A stretch of 64,000 nt of DNA from Lingula anatina (taxonomy: Eukaryota; Animalia; Brachiopoda): the NCBI GenBank assembly GCA_051362555.1, contig CM120647.1:7750001-7814000 (forward strand). The letters run 5' to 3'. The notes beneath the pieces are model-generated. The model saw only the letters and a program-made list of their open reading frames with translations, searched no databases and was not told the DNA's origin. Made by a program: the position numbers and the translations under genes. How positions within the stretch are numbered: the first letter of the stretch is position 1; each line of letters opens with the position of its first letter. Below, piece by piece: positions 37,426 through 51,600 of the stretch.

Positions 37426-38373
37426 TATTAAATGTTATGGCCTTAAGGATAAAATATATATCAAATATTCCATAAGACACATTATCCTAAGGGGCAATAA
37501 TCTTTACTGGTACCCAAGAATACTGGGTAAGGAAGATCCCACAAATGTATGCTGCCACACTTGCACTGCTAACTTTAATCCCATGTACAGCGTCCACGTG
37601 TTTTACAGGGTCACCCGTAGAGGTCAGCTCTGCAGCATATTATTTTTATACTCAAGATAAGCTGCTTTGATATTTAACAACATGAAAATTATACAACGTG
37701 CACGCTCGCGCGAGCTATGAATTCATCGTTTTAACATCGTTACTCAAGGGCAGTACGCTTTTATGACACCACTTTAATAACTAATCTTAATTAATTACAA
37801 AAGTAATTAACATGTTTTATTTAAACCAAGTAACATGTAACAACATTACTTGGGCCCTAGGATTTCTGATCTTGAAGTTTTAATTGGATACCTTGACATA
37901 TATTACCAGGCATTAGGAGTAAAGGTCAGTTTTAGTGAAGTATGGTGCTCTTTTCTGTCTCTCCCAAGGGCCCATGCGCATTATTCATAATGATAGCTTT
38001 ATCAATCCCGACGTATCATGTTCCTAGCCGTTAATTGTTTGCGATGGCAAAACTGTTTGCGGTGCAAAATGCCTTATGACATTTTTCTTTGGTTGCAAAA
38101 TGCGTTTGGTTGCGATATGCCCTCTACAAGACAACATGATCCCCGAAGAAGACGATTCGAAGACACTATTTGTGTACTTAAATCACACTCGCATACTATC
38201 AAAGCGGGAATCATCTACAGGTACCTGTACATCGTGTGCATTTGTTTATTAAGTACACTACATTGTGATAAAACAGCACTTACTAAGACAGGACTTGTCC
38301 TAGCTTGTACTTTTTATGAGGACCTGGAGTAATTTTTTCACTAGGTATTTACATGTGTTTCTCTGGCTTCTAA

Positions 38374-38582
38374 GACCCCGTTCCCAGAGATAAGATAGAT
38401 CCAAATAGATCGACCTAAATTCCTGGGGTTTACACTAAATAGCTGTCAGCCGAGCGGGCACGAAAGTTAATTACCCCCTTACAGCTTGTAGTAGGCGGGC
38501 GGTCATTTAAGCGGGATTATCTAGTGATCTAGTGAGACTCCCCACGGGGATAGATTGATCTAAAATCTATGGAAATGCGCCC
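38374..38582. mobile_element. Harbinger-like MITE (inverted copy of 657-890)
   Basis: Reverse-complement homology (ttaattacccccttacagctt.tagtaggcggg); TAA flanks. Confidence 0.75.
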
Positions 38583-39347
38583 TAATTCTGTGCACATTTC
38601 TGTACTGACCCGGGAGTGGGAGTGGTTGATACATTTTTTTACAATTGGAAGCAAAAAAAAGGAAAATTATGTCTGACTGTACCCGTCCTGCACACGGTCT
38701 TTTTTCATTTCTTACAAAGTAGCTGTAGACTTTTAAGTTTTAAAGGATCCATAAGGTTTTTAAAGAGTTTATACCCATCTGCTGTTTCTCATTTAACAAC
38801 AAAAATAGAATTTTTAGCAAATTTATTAAAAAAAACTATATTGTTATCTTCTACTTAATTCACTTTACCCGAATAGCATCAATGAATGTATAATCATTAG
38901 TATCATTAAATCCGTCTATTAAACGGATATGTTTCTTCATATGTAGTCTATATATTTTCTCTTTCTCTCTCTTTCTCTCTCTCAAAAGAATCGATGATAC
39001 TATGTTTCGCATATGTAACTCTCACATGTCATCATTCAGTCCGTCTACTTAACGGATGAAAGTGCAGGTTATAACAAAGCTGAGAAATAACTACTCAGGT
39101 TCATACTGCATTTAAAGTGGCTACTGATTTGAAGTTTAAACCTCATTTCATTTACTTGGACTATTGCTGAGTAATATTGTAGAGTAAGAGTTTGCTATAA
39201 AAGTTAAGACGAATTGTCTGACTATAATTTCTTTGTGAATCGTGGCCAGGAAGTTCATAATCAAACTATAACAACCCCCCTGCCTCGAGTGACGGTTTCT
39301 GGAGACAAGTACCATTATAATACCCACTCGACCGATTTTCATAAAAT

Positions 39348-39912
39348 TCATGTGCTACTAGCAATTTTCAGCTGTTTTTTCTTCGAGAGTCGTTTTTTTT
39401 TTTTCATTTCTGTAGCTTCTTCTTTCATTTTCAATGCGTCATTGTCCTTTACCGATTCTTGTAGAAGATCTGCAATTTTACGAAGAGTTTTGACAGTCAC
39501 ATCATTATCTCCAAGCATTTTGTGTTCCATTTCTAGACTCTTAAAATGCATCTCGAGACTTCCTTCAGTGTCACCCAAATGTTTCTTTTCTCTTGCTACG
39601 TCGTGGATGACAGAAGCTGTATCTTCGCTATTTCCCTGAATTTGTTCCTTGATACGGAGTGCTCTTTCTAATTCAACAAGGGCTTGTTTGTGGTTTCCCT
39701 GGTCAGATATGGCACGGGCCAGCCTGTGAATTGTTTTCGCTTTGGCTTTGTGATATTCAATCTCCTGAAAGTATCAACTGCATTGTTCACTTTGTAATGT
39801 ATAATCATTCCATGACCAATGTTTGTTAAGTTCTCTGCTACATATGAACTTTTACCCAGCAAATTTTCGCGAATTCTAAAAGAGCCAAAATAAATGTGAA
39901 CACAAGCTATTT
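39348..39912 (-). pseudogene. Frameshifted 3' TPR repeats of the CARD-NB-ARC-TPR gene
   Basis: After the stop at 39913, TPR text continues in other frames: RIRENLLGKSSYVAENLTNIGH, then AKTIHRLARAISDQGNHKQALVELERALRIKEQIQGNSEDTASVIHDVA...SLEMEHKMLGDNDVTVKTLRKIA, to a stop at 39348. Confidence 0.75.
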
Positions 39913-42900
39913 TCAAATGACATCTTCGTGGTTTTCCTTTGCTGATTTAACACGAGCTAGCTCGTTTAATACAAATTTTGTGTGGAAGTGATTTTCTCCA
40001 ACCGTTTTTTTCATTATAGTTAAAGCTCTTGTTTGGACCTCTTCAGCACCATCTAAATCACCCAACTGCAGCTTCACCCCGCCTACGTTACAGAGTGCTA
40101 TAGCGGTTTGATGGTGTTCACCATATGTGGACTCCTTGAGCACAAGGCATCGATTGTACAGTGGCAATGCCTCTGTCGGTTTTTCTATACAATGCAAGGC
40201 CAGTGCTGCGTTGTTTAAGGTTCTGTCGTCGAGACCACCATTCTTACCATCTAATGCAGAATCCAAGCAAAATATCTCTTGCAGGATGTCCATAACAGCC
40301 TCAGTCTCCCTTTGTTTTGACTTTGTCAAAGCCTTCATGGCCTGCGCGCGGTACTTCAGACGTTGGTCGGAGTAAGTTACTGCTAGTGACATGCACTTAT
40401 CGATCACACTTAATTGTTCGGTATATTTTTCATCCCCATAGAGTTGAAACGCAAGGGAATAGTAGCTTTCATAAAAGTCTTTGTAATCGCTCACCACTGA
40501 CATGCTTTCATACATTTGTATTGCAGTTGTCAAGAATTTTGTTGCCCGAGTTGCATTTCCAAGTAGCCAGTTCACACGCCCAATATAGTAATGCATAGAA
40601 GTAATGTCAAATTGTTGTGATGGTTCCTCTTCCTGATACATATTCAATAGGTATTCAAAACACCTCAAGGAATCAGCGTATCTTGCTACGTGCATCAAGC
40701 CTATTGCAAGGTTCTTCACTACCTGATGAGTGTCCAGCTTCAATGTCCGCGAGAATAAGTCCAAAAACGCAATGTACTGGACAAAATTTTCCTTGCTACC
40801 TTCAAAAAGTTCACTTGCTTTACGCACACTACGCTTTGTGAGATCATCTACCTTTTCATCTGTCAGTGAATACAGACTCGCTATAGGCACCTCCATGAAC
40901 CGGATAAAGTGTTCCATAAATTTACATTTATCGTCTTCGTCAGTTTCGTGTTGTGCAAAAGCTTGTATAAGGCTATGCATCACATACGTCTGGCCCCTGT
41001 AATCATATGTGAGTAATGAGGTATCACACAAGGCTTGAAGATATTTTTGACACTGGAATGATGTGAGGTCCGTGAATTGTTTTTTCAAAAGGGAACACGC
41101 ATCATCCTTGGTAAAAGTTGACGGGAAAAATGAAAGTATTTGATAAACTGTTTTCAAATGAGTGTCTAAGCGCTTATAGGTTAAATTGATACAAGCGTGG
41201 GCGTTCAGATCACTGGAACCTAAGTCAAAAATCTCAATATTCATGGTCCCTTTTGCCGTAAGCTCCTCATTTATTTCTCTCACTGTGCAACCCTGTTTAA
41301 GAAGGTAGCCTAGAATGTGAAGTAACAAAGCGACGAAGCCACATTTCACAGCGAGATTCTTTCCAGAAGAGCGATCTACAGTATGAGAATAGTGCTGCAG
41401 CAGGCTAAAGGAAGCACTCTCAGACAAACAATCCAAACGGTGGTGGTGATAGTCCATATTTGGCAGGTGTATCGTTTCTCTGGTCGTACACAATACAAAA
41501 GCATTGTTACAGTTCAAATTTAACATCTGAAGCATGGAATAGAAGTAATCACGTGTACTTTCCCCGAGCGCAGTTTCGCAATTGTCTAAAATGATGAGTA
41601 TCTTTTTACCGTATTCGGATACAATTTGGCAGGCTTTCGAGATGAGACGTTCTGTGGTTGCCTGATCTCCGCTGTAGCTAGTTGAGACTTTTAATGCGAG
41701 AAGAAGAGAAGCGGGGATGTCTTCTGCAATAATAACATTTTTCATGTCGGCCATGATGGAACGTATCCCCCATCTTGAGATGAGTTCATCCGCTATCACC
41801 GTTGCTAGCGCTGTCTTTCCTTGTCCTCCGAAAGACTGGATTATGCCAATGCGGAGTCCTTCATTTAGAAATGCATTTATAATTTTCTCCACATCTTCTT
41901 CGCGTCCAAAGAAGCAACTCGGGCGTTGTGGCACAGCACAAATCTTCTTGATGTTCTCTGAAGAAAAACAAAAAACGTTTTGTATTCTATTCAGACGCTT
42001 TTGGCCATTTTAAGAACGGCGATATACCCTATCTAATGTATTGATACAGCAGAAAGACATTTCACAAAGGAGCAATGTGCTTCTTTGACTATGAGATTGA
42101 ATGTAATTCATTTGTTTTAATAGGCATAACTTGTTTCTCAAGCTTCAAAATGGCCAAAATAGAAAAAAAATAAAAATGAAGTTTTTAAATATTTTTTACC
42201 GACGTCCGACTGATCATACTGTTCAATCGGAATAAGGTAAACACAAAAACTCTTGGTACTCCCACATCACATGACTGCCTACCAGTTCAAAACGAAGGGT
42301 ATTTAACCCAAAGTGAACGATTGGTTCATTTCCCCCAATGTCCAGTTTTTAAGCCAATCAGCGATTCGCTGATATTTTACACTACATGTGTCAAATTAAT
42401 GCAACATGGTGGGAGATGCATACTCGAGTAGCTGTCTCTACTTAAGCAGGAAATTGACCACTGTCGTGTGGCTCAGTGTTATACTGAAGGAGGTACCAAA
42501 AATATTTTAAACAAAGGTCTGTCCGGCAGTGTTTCAGCCGTTTCAGGCGATTTTATTGACTGCTTTCTATCAGAAATGAAAATATCAACTGTCAACCTCT
42601 GTGTCACATGGAAGGTCGACGTCTCAACAGGAAACCAGCAGTCTCGGCAGCACAAATAGGTACTGAACGGAATGTAATCATGCCGGTCTCTACAACGGCA
42701 GATTTTGATTTCAGATGACAGTTGCAAATGAAACACCAAAAGAGGCAGGCTCAGCTAAAGTCTCCGAGAGCTGGATGTTTTAATGCAGTACTTGCGTGCT
42801 TATGAATGTCTCCAAAAATGCAAGTGCTTTTTTCCCGTTTTATCAGTGTCATAGTATATTAAAGTGAATATATTTTTATTATTGACATGTTGATAAATCT

Positions 42901-45900
42901 GCTATTTTTTCGACTTTCACAAAAACGTATGTTAAATGCTCATTGCTTCCTCACAACAACAGAGGTTTCAATACGGTAATATGCCACACAAAACTAAGCT
43001 TATGCGTCTCTGACATTTTTTTATTAATTTTAGCCTGGTAATAGCTGTTCACTGTCATTTGTTTTGGGAAATAAGCATGTAAACATGAATTCATAATTTA
43101 GTTTTCACTGAGTGAAAAAGAGTAGAAAAAAAGAGTGGTTCGTTCAACTCCACTAAACTCACTGGTTATGGACCTTCGACCAGGGAGTTCAGTTTTATCA
43201 TTATTTATTTTGTTATGAATCCTTTTTATTAAATAAGTTAAATTGTTGTTGGCAAAAGAATGTCATTAAGATTTAATAAAAAGCAAGAACAAGGTTCCGT
43301 CACAGGCCATATTATCCTTGCTGGTTTTTGTATTTTCAACAATCTGGCTAAGCAATTGTTTGCCGTCTTTTGAATTGTAAACTTCCTAACAAAAGGCACA
43401 AATCCAACTCAATTAACTTATCCGAAATATTTTTAGTGAATCTCCAAGTAGTGCAAGGCAGACAATGTATAATTCTACCTTGCAGGTAATGGAAGACTTC
43501 AACGTTGGTTTTTGGGCTGGGCAGACCGAAGATCTTGGAAAACGCGTAGCAGAGACATTGACAGAGGTTCTATGGTTTTATAAGCTCTTATGCAGAGAGA
43601 GACGGGTTAGCTTAGTGCTGCTGCCATAGTATCCATTTTAGGAAACCCATTTACTGATGATTTTCAAACCTACAGAAAGATTCGTAGGCCTGAAATATAG
43701 CCTGATTGGATTCATATTTGGGCAGTAGTGCTGTTTTTTTAGAAATGTTCATTTTTCACATCTTGGCATTTTCAGTGTGGGACTTGAAACTTCTGTGGCC
43801 ACGAATTCATATAGTTTCTGAATGGTCATGTTACATGATGTAGATGATTAAAATTTGGTGATGATTTTCCAGTTAATCATTAGATAATATTGCATCAAGA
43901 TTGACAAAGAACTATATTTTACATTACGACCACAAATGCATGGAAAGGCACACTGTTTTCTTTATTATTTTGTAATTTAAAAGAATGATTCTTAGAACTG
44001 ACACTCATTTAGACAAATAAAACATTGACAATGAATTGCTGTTTTTATCCTTTAAAAATTGCTTATGTTGTTAAAACCAGTGCTTACCATTGTCTTAAGT
44101 AGTTTTGAAGATTAGTGACCAAAATGTCATTATTTTGAAAAACGTTTTTATCCTCCCACCCCTACGACCTATGATAAAAATGAAAATTGTTTGAGAAACA
44201 AGTATTTAAAAAAAACCTGGTCATCCTGGCAGCACTGATAAACTTTTATGCAATATTAGTAATTACATAATGCTTAACAGCATAATGACCATCAATAAAT
44301 AATAATAAAATAAAGGTACCATGGATATTCCGAAAATGTGAATAGCATCGTCTTCACGCCCATGGAGGTTCAAATTCACACCATGAAAATGCCAATATGT
44401 GAAAAATTAAATTTTCACAAAAACCTGTATAACTTCTTAAAAAATCAACCACACTTGTTTTCCAGCTAAAGCTATATTAAAGTCCTATATTTCTTTTCTA
44501 TAATTTTGAGATGAGTTAGTGCCATGGTTTTCACCATGGCGGCAGTGTCCAAATTAAGGTCTTTTTCAATTCTGATGCAATATTACATAATGCACAACAG
44601 CTTACCATCATTTTTGTATAATCAACTAACAATATTGTTAAGATGCAGAAAAATCTCAAAAGAACACTTCAACATATCTGATTAGTGCAATAATGACACT
44701 GTTAACATGCCTAGGAATCAAATCTAAGGAATACCGCTTAGGAACCATTCCCGGACCCTATCGTACTACATTTGGATGGAACTATCTGCGAGAAGATTCT
44801 CACTTAATTACTTGGGCGGCTTAGAGGTCTTTCACGCCTGCTGAGGCTGATAGGGGTAATTATCTATCGTTTTGCAGCTTTAGTGGGCGTCCCAGGTGTT
44901 TAAGCCGCTTGGACTGAGAGCAATTTAGCGTTAGAGAAAAGCACTCAGAGAGCGCAGACCTCCGCCAAGGCAGCATAGTCTCCATCCAGTGCCGTTTCAC
45001 CCCTAAATTTTCGATATTTTTTATTATTAATTATTGATTATTGATCCGGATCACCACCAAAAACTAATCACATATACGCCAACCCATTTCTGACCCACCC
45101 TGAAAATTCCATCGAAATTCATCCATAAATTTTTGAGTTATGTTGATGACAAACAAACAAACAGAGGTGAAAACATAACCTCCTTTGCGGAGGTAAAAAG
45201 GCATTACCGATCAAGCTAGCTTTCAAACTCGATCTGTATTTTATATTTTAGTAAGACTGAGCACTCCAGTGATTTTCAAGACAATAGACTTATCGGTTTT
45301 CCCTGAAAAGGAATTCCAATGTGACGGGAATAAGAGTGTGACTTAAAGCCCAGGGCCTTCAGATGAAGATATCAACCGGGCCCTTGGTTTCTGATACTAA
45401 GGGTTTTCTAGAAAAGCAAGGGCCTGCTACAGATTGTGAAACGTAGATTCTAGCAAAATACTAATTCCTCGGACATCCGGACTCCATATCATACTGGGAC
45501 TACGTTTCTTTACATATGACGAGAGTCAGATTCCGCTTCCCGGATTTCGTACTGATATTCATAAAACACATGTACATATCTCAATCGCTTGGTTATTTGG
45601 TCATTTACCTCTTCTTTGATTTTTATCCTCATCATCAACGGAGGACTCAGCAACAAGGTTGGCCAACCAATCATGTCCGTCCTGAAGGCAAGATAAAAAA
45701 CTGTGAAACTGCTGGTCAGTGCCGTTCGTCAGGATATTGATCAGTAATCGGTTCTGTTCCTGGCGCGAATCTTTTTCCAGGAGTTTCTGGCACTGGCTCT
45801 CGGACAAAACGCCATAACCGATGAGTGTAGACAAGTTTCCCTTTACATCAAATCGGGAACCTACTAAGTCCCAGTTCTTTATTAGCTTAATTTGGTTCTC

Positions 45901-45921
45901 TGTGGTAATTGGAGTAGCCAT
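39913..45921 (-). CDS. CARD + NB-ARC/STAND ATPase + TPR protein (Apaf-1/NLR-like receptor), ~785 aa
   Basis: CARD-like exon 45921-45609 (LIGYGVLSESQCQKLL..SRQEQNRLLINIL...FLSCL....WLANLV; donor AG|gtaaat, phase 1) splices in phase to exon 41957-39913 with FFGREED, Walker A GGQGKTALA, Walker B LIILDNCE, LCTTR, winged-helix MHSLIQAFA and kinesin-light-chain-type TPRs. Confidence 0.85.
44932..45196 (-). mobile_element. Helentron-like non-autonomous element (HINE/DINE-1-like)
   Basis: On the minus strand: TTACCTCCGCAAAGGAGGTTATGTTTT, (TTTG)n, subterminal CCTTGGCGGAGGT and a 3' hairpin GCGCTCTCTGAGTGC. Confidence 0.65.
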
Positions 45922-48052
45922 GCTTCTGAAAAATAAGAAATAGTTTCTAACAGGGACATTGATGTTCTTAACAAATTTGTATAGCGTTTGTTTAAATAAC
46001 TCTGCAATCCTGCTCCTGTAAGTGAAGAACAGGCCGCGGCAGTTTGAATGAGTTTACGTCACGTTAATTGGTATTAGTTAGATCTAGGCCCAAATTATCT
46101 GAATATTGCTTTATTTTCTAGATAATGCCTGAACTTTTACATTTGAGCTTTGACCCATTTTACTGCGATATGATTCAATACTGCACTACTTTCAATACTT
46201 ATTTGTGTAGACTATCCCTGCTACTACATGTACATAGTGGTTTATAAAAAATTGTTACGTCCTATTTAAATTACAAACTACGAATAATTATTATTCTAAT
46301 ATATTAAGATTAAATAATTAAAACATCCTTGAGCGTGAAACTGATTAGTTTGCTTTGCCAGTAATTTGCGTCATAGCCTCATAAGTGTGAGGAATGTTTA
46401 TCTATCTATATATCTATCTATCTAACTATTAAACAACAATTTGCTATTATAATATATTAAACTAACTAATACCCGTCACATTAATCATTGCACCATGATA
46501 AGAGATTAGTCTGCACGATTTATAGCATCTTTTTTTACGTTATATTCTGTGTAAAAGTCCACACTTGTATTAATATAAAATGAAATAATGGTAAAAATAG
46601 CAGATGGAAAATGAAAGGAATGACTGGGTTTCGAACTGCATTCATTGAGCCACCACGTCTTACTATTGACAACAATCGATACCCGTCGCACATGCCGAAG
46701 CTTCACGGAAATTGCCGAAGGCTAGAAAATGCCTTCAAAATATAATTTTAACAGGTAAAATCAAATTCATACTATGACCACTATCTTCCCACTGCCCTAT
46801 GGTATTGCTAACACCTACCAGTTGTCAGCTGATCGTTGTAGTTTGGGAGAAAAGCGTGAAACGAAAAGTTCGGTTAATCTGCTATTATAATATAGATAAA
46901 TGCAAAATACCTGGGTGTCAGTAAGATAATTCAGACAGATATCCTTTTCAAGTCTCAAGGGTGTGTGACCGCTTGCTCTTTGACTAGCTGCTAGTACTGG
47001 TAGGACCCGATATCAGGCACATTGACGCTTAGATCCGCTCCCCTGGTTCTTGTCACATGATCGGTGTAACTTCCACTGACTGCCCAGGAGTGACGTAGTT
47101 GCCACGTCTTCGTGAATATTACGCTTTCAGTTTATGTCACCCTGGATGCATGCGTCTGTAGGAGTTTATTGCAACGTTTGAGTGCCAGAGTTACCTGTAT
47201 TTGTATAACATCGCATAAAAAGTGACAATAATAACCTTCTAAGTACGAGCGTAGACAGGGCAGATAGCAGGCGTTTCGCCAACTTTGCTTTTGTTGAAGT
47301 CCAATTGAAATACCTTTATTGTTTGTGTAAGAATGCCGAAAGATGGCGCGCCGGGAGGGTGGTAAGGTCATGCGAAAAAACTCAAGGGGAAATTACGTCG
47401 TCAGGTTAATCCCCGCGTTCATAAATAACCAAAAAAAGAAATGCTCATGCAAATGTTCAGCAGTCTTATTGTCAGTTCAAGTAGCTATAGGGTACGATAT
47501 CTTCTTGATATGATCTGCCCGACCGAGTGTGGTTTATGATTAGTTTTATATATTTTTTTAAATCTCATTGGCATTGATAGTTTGACATGTCAATGGGTGC
47601 ACTAGAATGAAAGTAATGCAACGTGAACAAGAAAGACGAGCTTTGAATTCGGCGTCGTCACATAGTTATGACCAAATGTTGAGATCTGAGAAGAAAAAAA
47701 AAGAAATAAACTTTCGATTCGTGTTACATGTACCAGTTTCCCCTAGGATTGGGACTGTCTTCTTTCCTTTATTTATTTATTATTATTTTTTTTTGGGGGG
47801 GGGGAAGGTTACAAATGGTGGCGACAACCTGGTCTTTATACTGTAATACCTCTTTACTGAATATATGTTTTCATTCATCTATTTATTTGTAGTGTGATGT
47901 GTTACATTTCTGTGAAAAAAACCAGCACTTTGGGCTTATAAGAAACTTAATGTATAGTAATATAACTGTCCCTATTTTTATGTCATTTATTGTAACTATG
48001 AATTTTGTAAGCCATCCTATGTAATATTGAAGACCTAAATTATAATCATATC

Positions 48053-48604
48053 CAGGCCTACCCAACTACCAGACTCAGCACCTAAGGATCCTGAATTAAC
48101 CGGTATATCGGACCACACTACCCGTTTTCAAGGTGTGTGTCAGATCGCATTTCGGAGTATCAGCCAGAACACCGACAGGATGAGTCCTGGCATGCTCGGC
48201 TGACACCTTGATTGGATAGTAAACGTTTGTCGTAAAATCGCTATATGATTTTAAAACCGGGTGCATAAATTTGAAAAGCCACCTAGATGAACCTTAGACT
48301 GCCACATTAATCTAATACAATGCAAAAAAGCCCTATCCAAAGTGGTTAAAACATTCAAACCGAATGTCGTTAAGTCCCCATATATCCCCACAGAGACAAT
48401 AATATAGAGTACTCTAAAGTAAGAGTACAGTTTAAGGTTGTTCAGCCGAGCGTGGATGAGCCCGCAGTCGTGCTACAAAATTTGTTCTGGAGTATGATAC
48501 TCCGAAATGCGATCTGACACACACCTTGAAAACGGGTAGCGTGGTCCGATATACCGGTTACTTCAGGATCCTTAGGTGCCGAGTCTGGTAGTTGGGTAGG
48601 CCTG
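48053..48604. mobile_element. Non-autonomous TIR element with ~110-bp TIRs and 5-bp TSD
   Basis: CAGGCCTACCCAACTACCAGACTC...TCGGAGTATCA is mirrored at ~48495-48604; TSD ATATC (48048-52, 48605-09). Confidence 0.9.
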
Positions 48605-51600
48605 ATATCTTTCTGCTGTAATATCATCTTTTATTTCCTTTTTACAGCTGAAAGAAGTTTTTTTTTATTTTTAATGGCTGCACAAGTATCATTTGGGCAG
48701 CTTGTGATGTTTGATCCATGTAATATGTCATTCTGCTCCACTGCTGCAAAATTTAGACAACAGAACTTCAGAATTTTACAAGTGCTAAGCACCCTGTGCT
48801 ATGGGAGATATGTTTTAATTGGCAATTTTCAGCGACGTTCGGCTGTCACTTTGATAAATTAATTAATAAATCGAAAACACATAGAGACCGATTTTAAAGT
48901 ACATTTTCTAATACTACCGCGTAGTCTGTCATAATGCATAAAAGCTTTTATAAGCTGTTTTATTTTCATACTTTTTAATCATATGGTTTAGCAAATGTTT
49001 ATTCCCATTACTTTATAACGTCATTCTTATTATAAACATTCATTGTAAGGTGTATGTTCGTGACCTAAATGCCCACATTTAATTATATATTTATGAAACC
49101 TGAAAAATGGCAGACTAGTGAAGTGTAAAAGTTGTAAGGTTTTCTTTTTCCACACCTTATATAAAAAGGTAATTGCATGAAATATTTTATCTATTGTTCA
49201 TTATCTAGCCGGTGTATTTTCTAAACAAGGTCCCTTACCTTAAACATATAAACAGTATTTGATAGATATTAGCGCCCTGTTCATAATGTGGATCGAATCA
49301 TATCAATTTCATCAGTTAGATAAACCATAGTGTTTAATGACATTATATTTACCATATGTCAGAGAATAATACTGATCGATAGTATTCGACAATGTTATTA
49401 TTCCTATTTTCTAGGAATTGTGTACATTTATTATCGAAGACACGGGTTAATGGGTCTTAATGCATACAAATAGTGTAAGCAATTTCCCTGGATATTCAAT
49501 ATTCATTATATAAAGGTCTGATTTCCATTGTGTGGCTTTATCGTGTGTCAGGTGAAATTTATTAAGTGCAGAAATGGACTTCTTGTGATGAATACATCAT
49601 TAACAGGGACAATTTCCTATTGAAAGGCTTCCAGGTATACCTGTCCACTAATCGCTTTGTCAATAAATTTAGCCTGAAATAAAAACTGACGGGATCTCTG
49701 ACAGTTATTTCTTCCGTGCATTCACCGTGCGGTGATATTCTACAAAACTGTCAGTAATGATGGCTCGTCACAAAACACATAACTTGCTTTAGGGCAATCC
49801 TTTGAAATTTGAGACACTCGTCAAATCAACCATAAAGTGTTTCCTAAACAGTTTATGAATTTTGTTTGATCTGATAGCAATTCATTGTCATTTTTCAGAC
49901 AAAATGCACTGGCGGATGGATGTATTTTGCCAAGGTAGGGGGCACAATAAAAAAAATTAGCCTGACTTCAATCAATATAAAACGAGAGGATTAAAGTTGC
50001 GATGCCGCCACTATGGATTTACATTGTACATGTATCTCCAAACAATTCTGGAAAGATAAGGGTTAGAAATTTTGCAACGGGCATTTAATGCCAAAAAGTT
50101 AGTCAAAGGTGCGAATCCCCTTATATCTCCAAAAGTCCATTTCTGCACTTTAACTTATTTAACTTAAATTTAACTTGGAGCAAATGGATATTTACATGTA
50201 TAATACATTGTGTATACATTTAGGTAAGGCTTCCTTTCAGAAGACATAAATAAATGATGAATACATTCGATACACGATGCAGGTCATTTATAATGTCTGT
50301 GGTAGTCGTCTACACGTTGACTGAAGAAAAAATAAGGGTTATAGTGTGGAATAACGACGGTCTGGAGCATTCGAACGTTTATTCACCGACTACCTTTTTC
50401 ATACAATTTCACAAGTATTTATACTCTATTTCTCCGTATTGATCATGCGTTTACTTGTTTTCTTTCCATTGTCTTTGCGAGATTGCAATAGTTTTCCATT
50501 CTAATGTTGCAAACCATCATTCGACATTCCCCTATTAGGCAATCTCTAAGAAACTTGTTTTCAATTTAAAATATTTCAATATTATTTAAATTACTCATGC
50601 TTGGACCATATTCATCCTTAGTTTGCATGTGCTTTACACGTGTCAGAAGCTTGCAAAGGTATTGAGAAATTAATCAATCAAATTGAACTTTGTATGACTT
50701 TGACATGTTCCATCTTTCCCTACCATGAAACAATTTCTGCACTTGTTGACCCTTAAAGATATAAGTGAAAGTGTAAATCATTTATTTTACAACAGTAAGT
50801 AACTTCGGATAAACTTGGAGAAAGGAAAAGGCTAACACTTTATTAAGATTAAAAAACATTTTTTCCAAACTTTCTGAATTTCTAACCCCCCTCCGCCCCC
50901 ATCCCACCCACCATCCACAGTCTACGCTATTCTATCACCAGTTCTACATTGAAGAAAGTTAGACCAGTTTATGTAAATAACTGGTAATCATACACGAAAT
51001 CTACACAAACCACACCGAGTTTGCCGAGGTCTGATGGAGAAAAGTTTTAACATGAAGCCAAACCTTCTCTTCAAGTGAGAACCCTCAGGTGGGCCTTTCC
51101 TAATTATATATTATCCAATTATAGGTTCATAGGAAGGGAGTTGGGGGGGGGGGGAATGAACTACCCCGTTGTTCAGAAAAAGTTAACTCTGCAGCAAAAA
51201 TTACATCTAGTTAAGGCTTAGTCATTTTTAAGTTGGGTCAAGCTTGGGCATAATTAAAGAAGTAAAAGTCCACTTCTTCAGAAAAAGAGTCCCTTTGAAA
51301 TATCTGAGATTTTATTATTTCGGAACATTGTATGTAAAATATCCTCAGATTCTGCTTATCATCGACATATGATCAACCTGAGTGTTTACTTGTAATCATA
51401 ATATATTTGGCTGGTTGTTAGTTTGAATCGTCTTTTTTAAGATAACAAGATTCGAGCTACAAAGAGATCGTATTTCACTGATTCACGAGCGTGTATTTTG
51501 TGACACTTAGTATAGTTTGTGTTCCATCCCCACGTGATAAGAACCCAGTGTCCCTGCAATCTAAGTTGCTCTGTAGAAACGATGTTGGTGTAACCATGTT

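Noticed and set aside
46849-46869. IRF-like GAAA repeats by the putative first exon of the STAND gene, and a kB-like GGGGAAATTAC near 47386
   Set aside because: Spacing departs from GAAANNGAAA, and such short motifs occur by chance in AT-rich DNA.
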